Below are positions 28,785-37,902 of a stretch of DNA of 64,000 nt, piece by piece; the stretch's first letter is position 1, and each line of letters starts with the position of its first letter. The position numbers were made by a program, and so were the translations under genes. The DNA lies in the IMG/VR virus record IMGVR_UViG_3300042519_001303, positions 1-64,000 of that record; one strand, 5' to 3'. Origin of the DNA: a virus. The notes below the pieces were generated by a model. That model did not search any database, was not told the DNA's origin, and worked only from the letters and a program-made list of their open reading frames with translations.

Positions 28785-30554
28785 ATGGCACGTAGATCTT
28801 TTACAATAAGAAGAGGATCATTTGAAGGTGGTTCGTATCTCCAATACTATGCTGGTGGAATTGGTGCTTCATTAGGAGGACCACAAAATTATACTGCTTC
28901 TGCTTCTGCTACATACATAAAAGGTGACAATGTACAAACTGCCCCGGTTCTAAGCACAGCAATTGCGGCAGGTAATACACTTTCAAATGCTGCATTTTTT
29001 GAAGCTAGGTCAACTGACTACAAACAAGTTACCCTAAAATGGGGCCTTACACTCTATGAACTTGGAGTAACCGCAGAACCATACTCAGTACATATTGTGT
29101 ACTCGCCATTTGGTTGTCCAGATACTATTGCAGAAGGTTCTGTGCTCATAGAAACACGTACAATTGAAGAGTTTGTACATGCAGGTGTAGAAGGTGAGTG
29201 GGCCTACTATACCATGTTTATTCGATATAAATCAAATAACGACGAGTATTATGAACCTGTATCAAAACTTGAAGTATTAGTCCCATCAGACTACGGCTCA
29301 ACAGAAAGTCTGTATGCAAAAATACCAGCCTACTACCAATATCAAGATGAAGTTGGTACTGGGGATCTTAAAAAATACTTATCAGTATTTGGTTGGGACT
29401 TAGACAAGTTTAGAACTACTTTAGATTTTGCAATATCAATGAAAGATCCTAGGGTAGCAAATGAAGAAACACTAGATTATATTGCTAGTGATTTAGGAGT
29501 AGGTGTTACTGTAAGTGATCTTGGTTCTCAAAGACTTAGAGACCTACTTACTATAGTAAGTAACTCACGTAAGAAAAATGGTACAGGTGCTTCTATTGAG
29601 CAGTTTTTAGAAGCAGTAATTGGCGCAAACGTAGAAATAGATGGTAACAATAAAACTATTAAGGTTTACTCACAGAGAGTAAACCTAATTAAAGACCCTA
29701 AATTTGTTTTTGGGGTAGCAGCTGGATTAGATGGAGGTGGACCTGCTGATGAATCGGCTGTTATATATGAATCTGGGGAAGTAGGAACAGCCCAAGCAAG
29801 CATCATTGATGGAGGTTCTCCTAGTGATGTTTTTTCTTCAGCTGCTGTATCTACAGAAAAATGGGTAAGTTTTACTAATCCTAATAATGTTATTCATGGC
29901 ATTTTAGAAACAGCCAACGCTGACGTAAAAGTCATTGGCGGAGATGTTTTCTATGTTTCAATAAATATTCCCAACACCACCAGTGGTTCTAGAAACATAC
30001 CTGGATCAATAGACAATATTGCAATATATAACTCATCAGGTGTAAGCGGTGGTAGTGCAAGTTTAATAGCACTAGACTCTGAGCCACAAACTTTTGGTAC
30101 TACAAAGTATTGGAGAATAGTAATTCCAGATACAGTAACCACATACACTCCAGCAAAATTAACTATTGAGTATAATACTAATTACAATAATCAAAATATT
30201 TCATATTCTGATTTCTCTTATGTTTTACTAGAACGAAATTATATTGGTAAGTATTTTGATGGAGATACTGTTGAGGGAGGGTGGTTACTAAATGGAAATA
30301 CTTCTGTAGGAAGTATCTCTGATTATCGATGGCTTGGAACACCCCATAATTCTTTTTCGGTGTATACAACTAACTGGAAAAAAACTACCCAGGTAGTTTC
30401 TAGATTATTAAAAGACTTGCTTCCAGTTAAAGAAACTATTTCTTCTGGCACTCTATACAGCAATGGATATTACAAACCAACAGTTGGTAACATTGTAAAA
30501 ACACCAAATTATATGTATACTATTACATACGATAAGATACCAGGAGATACATGA
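28785..30554 (+). CDS. baseplate wedge/tail protein (gpI/gp7-like)
   Basis: LY.KIP.YY...D...L.KYL.VFG.DLD and K.GT...I motifs; follows the gpJ-like gene. Confidence 0.7.
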   Translation: MARRSFTIRRGSFEGGSYLQYYAGGIGASLGGPQNYTASASATYIKGDNVQTAPVLSTAIAAGNTLSNAAFFEARSTDYKQVTLKWGLTLYELGVTAEPYSVHIVYSPFGCPDTIAEGSVLIETRTIEEFVHAGVEGEWAYYTMFIRYKSNNDEYYEPVSKLEVLVPSDYGSTESLYAKIPAYYQYQDEVGTGDLKKYLSVFGWDLDKFRTTLDFAISMKDPRVANEETLDYIASDLGVGVTVSDLGSQRLRDLLTIVSNSRKKNGTGASIEQFLEAVIGANVEIDGNNKTIKVYSQRVNLIKDPKFVFGVAAGLDGGGPADESAVIYESGEVGTAQASIIDGGSPSDVFSSAAVSTEKWVSFTNPNNVIHGILETANADVKVIGGDVFYVSINIPNTTSGSRNIPGSIDNIAIYNSSGVSGGSASLIALDSEPQTFGTTKYWRIVIPDTVTTYTPAKLTIEYNTNYNNQNISYSDFSYVLLERNYIGKYFDGDTVEGGWLLNGNTSVGSISDYRWLGTPHNSFSVYTTNWKKTTQVVSRLLKDLLPVKETISSGTLYSNGYYKPTVGNIVKTPNYMYTITYDKIPGDT

Positions 30555-30805
30555 GCTTAGTAATAGCTTCACTAGCTGTATATAAAGTGCTACAACTTAT
30601 TGACTCGTTGTTGCCAAAAGAAGCAATGCCTTGGGTCAAAATATTGGCCTCAATAGCCCTATCCTATATTTCGTGTTTTGCCATAGACACAGATAATATA
30701 CTTGTAGATGGTGCTGCAATTGCAGCTTTATCTGGTACAGTGCATTCAGCACTCCGCCTATTGACTCTTAGTGGAGATGCTGCACACCGCAAGAGTCTTC
30801 GATAG
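30551..30805 (+). CDS. small membrane protein
   Basis: Two to three hydrophobic segments. Confidence 0.6.
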   Translation: MSLVIASLAVYKVLQLIDSLLPKEAMPWVKILASIALSYISCFAIDTDNILVDGAAIAALSGTVHSALRLLTLSGDAAHRKSLR

Positions 30806-30812
30806 GAGCGTT

Positions 30813-31586
30813 ATGGCAAAGACAAATACGTATGGAATTCTTGGTGGAGCAAGTGTCCCCAAGGAAGTAATTAATGCTTCACTTAATGATATTGCAAAGC
30901 ATGCTTTTGTAGTCCCCTGGTACGGTTCAAAAACAATTTCACCATCAATGGAATGTGTTTATGATTGGATGTTGGATAATGAAATTGACTACGAGATAGT
31001 TGCTTCTTCAGAAGGCCGCCCACTTCCAAAAGCATTAAGTAAAAATGCTTTAAATGTAACTTTGGTAGAAGATGTAGATTCCACAGTAATTGATCTTTTG
31101 GTTGACTGTAAGCCTGGGATTGCTTTAATTATGTGGGATGAAACCAATCCTGAGCGTTCATTAAACCTTGCCAATAGTACAATTAACCGTGGCCTTGAAT
31201 CATTAGAACTTACTAATGGTTTGTGCCCAATTGTAGTTGACCCTCCAGAACAAAGTGAAGTAACTCTGTCAGTTACAGAGGTATCTGAAATGGAAGACCA
31301 TCTGGACAAGGTTCTTGATTTAGATGTAACTAGCTTTGATAGAGAAACTCTTGAAATTATGCCAGCTGCTTCGGTAAAAAGAATGGCAGCTAATGCTGGG
31401 TTCCTGGTAAAGAACAAAGAGGAAGCAATTGACGCTTTGACTGGTTCAACAAAAATCAAAGAAGACATTGAAATTGGATCAATACTGTTGTTGTTCAATG
31501 ACGGTACTGAACTTGGCTTTGGAATGAACAAAGATCTTTTGAAAAAGATTATGAATTTAGTTGTAGATACTCAATCGGACGAGTAA
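30813..31586 (+). CDS. hypothetical protein with possible HeH/Rho-N-like motif
   Basis: AGGAG RBS; FDRETLEIMPAASVKRMAANAG...NKEEAIDAL. Confidence 0.6.
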   Translation: MAKTNTYGILGGASVPKEVINASLNDIAKHAFVVPWYGSKTISPSMECVYDWMLDNEIDYEIVASSEGRPLPKALSKNALNVTLVEDVDSTVIDLLVDCKPGIALIMWDETNPERSLNLANSTINRGLESLELTNGLCPIVVDPPEQSEVTLSVTEVSEMEDHLDKVLDLDVTSFDRETLEIMPAASVKRMAANAGFLVKNKEEAIDALTGSTKIKEDIEIGSILLLFNDGTELGFGMNKDLLKKIMNLVVDTQSDE

Positions 31587-31618
31587 GATTGTCCTTCACA
31601 TACGGTTCCCAAACCAAG

Positions 31619-31646
31619 CAAAAGGCCCCCGCAAGGGGGCCTTTTG
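31619..31646. terminator. bidirectional intrinsic terminator
   Basis: AAAAGGCCCCC-GCAA-GGGGGCCTTTT between convergent transcription units. Confidence 0.85.
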
Positions 31647-31680
31647 TTATTCAATAGTAACTACTATTAAATTAGTGAGT

Positions 31681-31794
31681 TCACTTCTTCTTAGGAGCTG
31701 CCTTCTTTGCCGGCGCTGCTTTCTTCTTTGCGGGACCCTTGCCATATCCGGGGTCCTTCTTATCTTTCAAACCACATCCACATGCTGCACACAT
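31681..31794 (-). CDS. 37-aa Cys-rich, Lys/Ala-rich peptide (not in the ORF track)
   Basis: MCAACGCGLKDKKDPGYGKGPAKKKAAPAKKAAPKKK*; G-rich RBS upstream. Confidence 0.65.
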   Translation of the reverse strand: MCAACGCGLKDKKDPGYGKGPAKKKAAPAKKAAPKKK

Positions 31795-31806
31795 ACTTAC
31801 CCCCCT

Positions 31807-32106
31807 TCAGCAATCCCAAGCCCGCAAGGACTTGTTAATACGGGAGTCAGGATTGTTGGCTGTTTTTGATGAAGTGTTCTTTTTTTTCATGCCTTCCATA
31901 CGCGCACAGAAAGAATCACGACGCGCTGCTGACTTCTCAGACTTAGCGGCCTGTTCTTTTTTTACCGGTGGCTTAAGGTCACTACCGGGGTTTTCACGCT
32001 CGTAAGACTTACGTCCTTTTTCATTAAGACCACCCTTGGGGTCTTTGCCTTCAGCACGTGACCAAGCGGCTGTCTTTTTTGCTGGGGCTTTCTTTTTAGC
32101 TGCCAT
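31807..32106 (-). CDS. small basic phage protein (DUF6321-like)
   Basis: AW.R.EGK.P.GGLN.KGR.SY...RR.SFCARM.G...DSRINKSLRAW.C; AAGGAG RBS. Confidence 0.75.
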   Translation of the reverse strand: MAAKKKAPAKKTAAWSRAEGKDPKGGLNEKGRKSYERENPGSDLKPPVKKEQAAKSEKSAARRDSFCARMEGMKKKNTSSKTANNPDSRINKSLRAWDC

Positions 32107-32119
32107 ATTGGCTCCTTAT

Positions 32120-32752
32120 CTATTTGGTTTCAATGTCATAAAAGTATCTATTGTCGTCTGAGGTGCGCCATTTATCAGCGTCTTCTACATCCCATAGACG
32201 AGTATTAATAAGTCTTTCAATAAGAGTCCCGTCTTTGGTAGTAAGCGACGGGTCAAATAGTCTTACTCTATTGTTTGGCTGTATGGCATAATTACCATCA
32301 TTTCTTAGAATGACATGGCCGCATTTATGCTGACCTGGGTTTTCACTGAAACCAGCGTTAATTTGATTTGCATCGGGGGAGTGCCAGTCAAGAGTGAATA
32401 GGTATTTGCCGTTAACAAATTCTCCTGAGCGAGCTACATAGGTCATTCGCATATGGCGCATTACTTCAAACTCTGTAACAGTGATTTGTGAACTAAAAGA
32501 ATTCCACAGTACTAGATCATGTATATCTACTTCGGGTACGCCCGGTTCTGCACAGAAAGCTGATATGGGCATTCTCCACCAAACACCCCCATCCTCCATC
32601 AAGAAATGAAACAAGGGGGATCTGCCTTGCATTGAAGCTACTCCAAAGATCATGCAAGGAAAGTATTGGTCGTGTGAGTCCAATTGATTACGAAGGTAAT
32701 TACCTCTTACGTAACACTCAATTGGTGGAATGCTTGCGTTTAATTCAGGCAT
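32120..32752 (-). CDS. conserved phage hypothetical protein
   Basis: LNA.IPP..CYVR..YL; FSE.P.QHKCGH.....GN.A.QPNNR. Confidence 0.7.
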   Translation of the reverse strand: MPELNASIPPIECYVRGNYLRNQLDSHDQYFPCMIFGVASMQGRSPLFHFLMEDGGVWWRMPISAFCAEPGVPEVDIHDLVLWNSFSSQITVTEFEVMRHMRMTYVARSGEFVNGKYLFTLDWHSPDANQINAGFSENPGQHKCGHVILRNDGNYAIQPNNRVRLFDPSLTTKDGTLIERLINTRLWDVEDADKWRTSDDNRYFYDIETK

Positions 32753-32758
32753 TTTAAA

Positions 32759-33193
32759 TTACTTCATTGAGGATCGGAGTTGCCAAGCCCATTTTTGATG
32801 CATGTCAATGCGCTCTGACAAGAAGTTAGCAATACCTTGTTCATCGGCTTTCATAGCTGCTTCAAAGGTATCTTTAAGAGATACAAGCAAAGAATCATTT
32901 GCTGTTAGCAATGACTTAGCCATTGCCTTAGGGGTAGTTTGTACATCCTTAAAATCAATAGTTCTTAGATCAAGAAACTTCTGAAGACTAAAGGGGGCGT
33001 AATCATCTAGCTTCCGGATGTTTTCAGCAATGGGGTCAATTGCCCCATATGCATCTTCATAGATCTCAGAGAATAGGGAATGGTACTGACTGAAGTCCTG
33101 GCCCTCTACATTCCAGTGATACCCATGTGCCATAAAGTAAAATGTAACCACATCGGATACCAACACTTTGAGCGACTTAACTAAATCCTTCAT
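32759..33193 (-). CDS. dps: Dps (DNA starvation/stationary-phase protection ferritin-like protein)
   Basis: AHGYHWNVEG.DF.QYH.LF.EIY...D.IAE.IR.L and H.KW.WQL motifs; AAGGAG RBS before ATG 33193. Confidence 0.92.
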   Translation of the reverse strand: MKDLVKSLKVLVSDVVTFYFMAHGYHWNVEGQDFSQYHSLFSEIYEDAYGAIDPIAENIRKLDDYAPFSLQKFLDLRTIDFKDVQTTPKAMAKSLLTANDSLLVSLKDTFEAAMKADEQGIANFLSERIDMHQKWAWQLRSSMK

Positions 33194-33245
33194 GATAACT
33201 CCTTGTTGTTTGGCCACCCTAAATCGTATCATTTTTGAATGGGGG

Positions 33246-33274
33246 TTGCGGAGGTGACTGGAGTGGGCTATGAT
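33246..33274 (+). promoter_or_regulatory. sigma70-type promoter for the replication operon
   Basis: TTGCGG-17 nt-TATGAT; next ATG at 33285 has no RBS. Confidence 0.55.
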
Positions 33275-33284
33275 CACTAGTCCA

Positions 33285-34535
33285 ATGGGAACCAGTAATG
33301 TTTTTGGAGGACGCTTTATAGCAGTCCCTGAGTGGGCAGTTGCTCATATCTTTGAGCATGGCCAACCTCGTGATCTGCATGTTTTAACATGCCTGGTTTC
33401 TATGATGCACATCCACAATAAATCTGCAGAAGTGTCAACTCAAGAGATTGCTGATGCATCACGTACATCAAAAGAAACTGTAAAACGTTCACTCAAATGG
33501 CTCTCTGAGCAACAAATAATTACCACAAAAATTAGACGCAAACCAAAGAAAAACATTTACATAATCAACTACACACAACCAGCAATAGGGTCACCCATGA
33601 CCCTATCAACCTCCAATACAAACCCCCCAATAGGGTCACCCATGACCCTACCCACTACCTCCAATGGGGTCACCCATGACCCTATCAAAATGAACATAAC
33701 ACCAGCACAAGTAACAAAAGCGCTGATCTCTAGAGAAATAGTAATAATAGAGAGTAATAGTAATAAAACCGTAAAGAAGGCCGATGGCCCTCGTGATAAG
33801 GTAGAGGATATGATTCTTGGCGCAGACGTAAACGAAAAAGCAAAGGTTGAAGAACCAGTAAAACGTAAACCCCGACCAGAGGTAAATGACTTAGCTAGTT
33901 ACTTTGTGTACCATCCCAGATCAGTAATGGTTTGTTCGTATTCTTTTCAGGACATGAACATTCTCCGCAGAACAATCAAGCTTCTACTAGACGCTGGTGT
34001 TTCACGAACAACCGTTCGTCAGATGATTGACAAGTTCTTTAGCACCGACCGTATGCGTGGAGCAGAATCCCCAGTTCTTATGTTTTCTAGCAAAGGTGTT
34101 CAAGCATCCCTAATGGAAACACTTGACACAGTGTTAGATAACACCAGCCCAATTCTAAGTTTGATGCTCAATGATTTTAATCGTGAGGGGCTGGACTTAC
34201 CTTGGGATAAAGCTTCTGATGAAGCCTTACGTAAGGTTATCATTATCTCAGGAATGGACGTTTGCTATAGATACCCAGAGCTAGTAGCACAAGTTATTGA
34301 GCTAGCTGACGACTTCTCATCATCGTTATTTAGAAATCAAATTAGTTCTTTAAACTCCCTGGTCAAGTGGCATATTGGAGAAGAAGAGGTAGACCTTAAA
34401 GAACTACAGGAAGATCTTGTTGGTATCACACTTCCAAAAGAACTGCTTGCAAAAACTCGCACTACCCTCCGACCTGCTGCTGATACGATTGTTTCAGCGA
34501 TTTACAACTATCGGAGAGTGACCCATGGAAATTGA
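33285..34535 (+). CDS. replication initiator with N-terminal winged HTH
   Basis: STQEIADASRTSKETVKRSLKWL HTH; internal iterons; upstream of DnaC/DnaB-like genes. Confidence 0.7.
   Translation: MGTSNVFGGRFIAVPEWAVAHIFEHGQPRDLHVLTCLVSMMHIHNKSAEVSTQEIADASRTSKETVKRSLKWLSEQQIITTKIRRKPKKNIYIINYTQPAIGSPMTLSTSNTNPPIGSPMTLPTTSNGVTHDPIKMNITPAQVTKALISREIVIIESNSNKTVKKADGPRDKVEDMILGADVNEKAKVEEPVKRKPRPEVNDLASYFVYHPRSVMVCSYSFQDMNILRRTIKLLLDAGVSRTTVRQMIDKFFSTDRMRGAESPVLMFSSKGVQASLMETLDTVLDNTSPILSLMLNDFNREGLDLPWDKASDEALRKVIIISGMDVCYRYPELVAQVIELADDFSSSLFRNQISSLNSLVKWHIGEEEVDLKELQEDLVGITLPKELLAKTRTTLRPAADTIVSAIYNYRRVTHGN
33583..33686. repeat. three palindromic iterons (probable replication origin)
   Basis: CAAT(A/G)GGGTCACCCATGACCCTA at 33583, 33628 and 33662, each containing the dyad GGGTCA-N4-TGACCC. 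Confidence 0.85.
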
Positions 34536-34740
34536 TGGAGTATTTGCATTTACAAGTTTTGAAGAATTAATACGTTTTGTGAATTGGGTCACAACCTCAT
34601 TTGAAACACACGAAGAGTTTGAAGAGTGGCTAGAGTTGCGCACCTCAGAAGCTTCAACTATTGACTCAGACTTTTGGAGCATAATTGAAAATGGCTACTA
34701 CACGGAGAATCATGACACAGACATTCCAGGTTCCGACTGA
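34525..34740 (+). CDS. small acidic hypothetical protein
   Basis: Overlaps both flanking genes; GGAG upstream. Confidence 0.55.
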   Translation: MEIDGVFAFTSFEELIRFVNWVTTSFETHEEFEEWLELRTSEASTIDSDFWSIIENGYYTENHDTDIPGSD

Positions 34741-35320
34741 TTGGAAATCAGAGAAGTGGTGGAGAAACCGCTCTGTTGAAGAGCGCTTATTCCATACACG
34801 AATTCCCACACGCTGGGCAGAATGGTCGTTAGAGGCACTTACGGTAAGTGATCGCTGTATCGAAGAAGTTACCAACTGGGTTAACAACTACCAGCAAGGT
34901 GACAGTTTGTTTTTGTACGGCAAGACTGGATCAGGAAAGAGTATTGTTGGTCAAGCAGTTCTTCAAGAACTTGTTTTGCGCAACGGTGCATCTGGCCGTT
35001 TTGTAAGCAGTGACCGCTACATAGACATGCTCAAAGATACGTTTGAACAAGATGGTGGGCTTCTTCCAGAGATGTACTCAATGCCATACTTGCTTAAGTA
35101 CATCCAAGGAGTATTTGATATTGTACTACTGGATGGAGTGGGACAAGAGCGTGAAACAGAATTCTCAACTCATGAAGTTGGCAGTCTTATCCGCAGACGC
35201 TATGAAGACACCCGTTCAATTATTATTACCACAACCCTAGGAACCATGGACTTTAATCGTCGGTATGGTGATCGGGTCAAGGTATCCACAACAGAGATGA
35301 CTGAAATAAGGGTTTCCTAA
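34712..35320 (+). CDS. DnaC/IstB-like AAA+ helicase loader
   Basis: Walker A GKTGSGKS; LLDGVGQE; R.RY...IITT motif. Confidence 0.8.
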   Translation: MTQTFQVPTDWKSEKWWRNRSVEERLFHTRIPTRWAEWSLEALTVSDRCIEEVTNWVNNYQQGDSLFLYGKTGSGKSIVGQAVLQELVLRNGASGRFVSSDRYIDMLKDTFEQDGGLLPEMYSMPYLLKYIQGVFDIVLLDGVGQERETEFSTHEVGSLIRRRYEDTRSIIITTTLGTMDFNRRYGDRVKVSTTEMTEIRVS

Positions 35321-35763
35321 TGGAACGTGGTGACATAGCAGAGTATTCCATTCTTGGACAATCCTGCATATGGGAGGGTGTCCTAGCAACACCCCCCGAA
35401 GGAATTACAGCTAAGACCAAGTACAAATTTTATGAACGAGCAAATAATTGGGAAACTGCAATTCCAATGTGGAAACCAAATGATCTTGCTGTACGCTCCA
35501 TAGCTGACTGCGTTAATCGGTTGGGAATTGGTACTGATGTAATTACCTTCCTGCACCCCGATGCAGTTGATCCAATTTACGAATGGTTACTACGTAAAGG
35601 AGTCCGCACCACAGTGTTGTGGTACGACTCACCAAAAGATTACGAAATAGATTTGCGATACAACAGAGGCATACGAACGGTGTATGTATCAACTGACGAA
35701 GAAGCGTTTACAATAGGGTTTAGAGCCCACGTTGTTAAACCAAACACTGCATGGAGAATATGA
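35320..35763 (+). CDS. hypothetical protein (possible degenerate HAD fold)
   Basis: MERGDI...IWEGVL; tightly coupled to its neighbours. Confidence 0.55.
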   Translation: MERGDIAEYSILGQSCIWEGVLATPPEGITAKTKYKFYERANNWETAIPMWKPNDLAVRSIADCVNRLGIGTDVITFLHPDAVDPIYEWLLRKGVRTTVLWYDSPKDYEIDLRYNRGIRTVYVSTDEEAFTIGFRAHVVKPNTAWRI

Positions 35764-37016
35764 TGGCTTCCAGCGAGCTATACCTAGTTTCAAAAATCAT
35801 TCAAGAAAAAGACTTAAATACTCCAATCAAGGCCGGTTTGAAAGTTGACCACTTTACTGGTTCATGGCCTGAGATATGGTCATGGCTATTGGAGTTCAAC
35901 CGCGTTCATGGTGCAGTTCCTACCGAACGTGTGTTCAACCAAGAATTTGGAGATGTCACATTAGAAGATGCCTCTGGAGAAACTTTCTCTAGGTTGATTG
36001 AAGAAGTGGTAGCAGGGTTTAGAAGAAGAACCATTATGGATTCTTTGTCTCATGCAATTCCTGCGATTGACGCAAACAACCTTGAAGAGGCAATGGCCGC
36101 TCTATCCGTAGGTTTACAAAAAGCATCTGTTGATGCTGCCCGCCTTAGAGATATTGACATTATTCAAAACTGGGAAAACAGAATGGCCCGCTATGAGGTA
36201 ATGCGGAATACCCCAAACGCTCTTCGTGGTATTCCAACTGGCTTTCATGGTCTTGACAAAATCACACACGGATTACGTCCACAGCAATTCATTGTGTTTG
36301 CTGGTGAACCAAAGCGTGGTAAGTCTTTGTTTGCTTTGATCCTTGCCAACTCTGCACACATCCACGGCAAGCGCCCACTCTTTGTTTCTTTTGAAATGAG
36401 CATTGAAGAACAAGAAGCACGGTATGACTCATTGATTTCCAAAGTACCGTATACCCGCATCTTGTCAGGTGACTTAAATAATGATGACATGGTAAAGATC
36501 CGCAAAGCCCTGAGCATTCGCAAGAACATGCACCCATTTGTTTTCAGTGAAGACACATCTTCTCTTACAACAGTTACAGCTCTTGCTGGAAAAGTTCAGG
36601 AGTATCAGCCTGATGTGTTGTTTGTTGATGGTGTGTACTTGATGGATGATGAGGAGGGTGAAGCAAAGGGAAGCCCCCAAGCCCTAACCAACATCACAAG
36701 ATCTTTGAAAAGACTTGCACAGCGTTTTGACATTCCTGTGGTTGCAACTACCCAGGTTCTTTCTTGGAAGCTAGGCAACAAAAAGACTCGTGCGGTTACA
36801 GCAGATGCAATTGGATACACCTCGTCATTTGCACAAGATGCAGACTTGATTCTTGGTGTTGAACGAAACCCAGATATGGAAGACCAAGCAATCATTAGAG
36901 TTGTACTAGCACGAACAGCACCTACTGGTGAAGTACACGTTAAGTGGGACTGGACTACTATGGAGTTTGAGGAGGTATCAGACTATGACGACCATATCAA
37001 CCCCTCATTCGACTAA
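35763..37016 (+). CDS. dnaB: replicative DNA helicase (DnaB-like)
   Basis: GIPTGFHGLD..T.G, AGEPKRGKS, SFEMS, FVDGVYLM, LKRLA and QDADLILG motifs. Confidence 0.92.
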   Translation: MASSELYLVSKIIQEKDLNTPIKAGLKVDHFTGSWPEIWSWLLEFNRVHGAVPTERVFNQEFGDVTLEDASGETFSRLIEEVVAGFRRRTIMDSLSHAIPAIDANNLEEAMAALSVGLQKASVDAARLRDIDIIQNWENRMARYEVMRNTPNALRGIPTGFHGLDKITHGLRPQQFIVFAGEPKRGKSLFALILANSAHIHGKRPLFVSFEMSIEEQEARYDSLISKVPYTRILSGDLNNDDMVKIRKALSIRKNMHPFVFSEDTSSLTTVTALAGKVQEYQPDVLFVDGVYLMDDEEGEAKGSPQALTNITRSLKRLAQRFDIPVVATTQVLSWKLGNKKTRAVTADAIGYTSSFAQDADLILGVERNPDMEDQAIIRVVLARTAPTGEVHVKWDWTTMEFEEVSDYDDHINPSFD

Positions 37017-37902
37017 CTTGGCCCAAGTCCTAGAATCACTAGGGGTAGAGGTTAAAAGAGTTGGCGACAAAGAAATAACTGGTAAGTGCCCAGTCCACAT
37101 CAGAACGGTTGGCAAACCAGATAATTCTCCATCTTGGAGCATGAATGCTACAACTGGGTTATGGATCTGCTTTTCATGTGGAGCACGTGGGTCACTCTCA
37201 TCTCTCCTGTATGAGCTCTCAGGTGGTGACTCTGGGATTGAAATACAGAAGATGATTGTTGATGCAAGCTACAAAACCTTGATAGAGGGCAAAGCCCCAC
37301 AAGAAGATGTGTTTGTAGATCGCGATGCTTTCTTTGGATTTGACCGAGTTCCAGAACGGCTATGCAACTCTCGCAACTTAGACCCTGAGATAACACATCG
37401 CTATGGTGTACGTTGGAACCCAAAGAACAAAGCTTGGGCCATACCCATCATGTCTGCTACCGGACGGTTAGATGGTTGGCAAGAAAAAAGATTAGGTAGT
37501 GTATTAAACTTTCCAACTGGGGTAAAGAAGTCTAAGACTCTATTCGGAGTTGAACGTTTCCGCAGCTCAACAGCAGTTATTGTGGAGTCACCATTAGATG
37601 TTATTAGACTTGCCAAGGTAACAGATAAGGCTCAAGCACTTGGAACTTTTGGAGCATACGTATCACAAGAGCAAATAGACCTTATACTACATTTAGCTGA
37701 TAAAGTTATAGTAGCAATGGATAACGACAAAGCTGGTGTAGAATCTAGTAAGAAGCTTTACCACGCACTTGGTACACCTCGCAAAGGTTTGTACTGGTGG
37801 AACTACAAAAATACTGATGCTAAAGATATAGGAGATATGACGGACGTTGAAATTGAGGTTGGTTTAGAAACAGCCAAGATTATGCCCCCATGGATTGCTT
37901 AG
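36985..37902 (+). CDS. dnaG: DNA primase (CHC2 Zn finger + TOPRIM)
   Basis: CPVH...PSWS.N...W.CFSCG; VES..D; MDND.AG; KDIGD. Confidence 0.88.
   Translation: MTTISTPHSTNLAQVLESLGVEVKRVGDKEITGKCPVHIRTVGKPDNSPSWSMNATTGLWICFSCGARGSLSSLLYELSGGDSGIEIQKMIVDASYKTLIEGKAPQEDVFVDRDAFFGFDRVPERLCNSRNLDPEITHRYGVRWNPKNKAWAIPIMSATGRLDGWQEKRLGSVLNFPTGVKKSKTLFGVERFRSSTAVIVESPLDVIRLAKVTDKAQALGTFGAYVSQEQIDLILHLADKVIVAMDNDKAGVESSKKLYHALGTPRKGLYWWNYKNTDAKDIGDMTDVEIEVGLETAKIMPPWIA

Noticed and set aside
16668-30554. Bacterial extracellular contractile injection system or tailocin
   Set aside because: Capsid, portal, terminase and replication genes are present, so this is a complete phage
30989-31531. 180-aa antisense ORF
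   Set aside because: Entirely within a sense gene that has a good RBS; no recognisable motif
33583-33686. Palindromic repeats as CRISPR repeats
   Set aside because: Spacers are too short and unequal, and the repeats lie inside an initiator gene; iterons fit better
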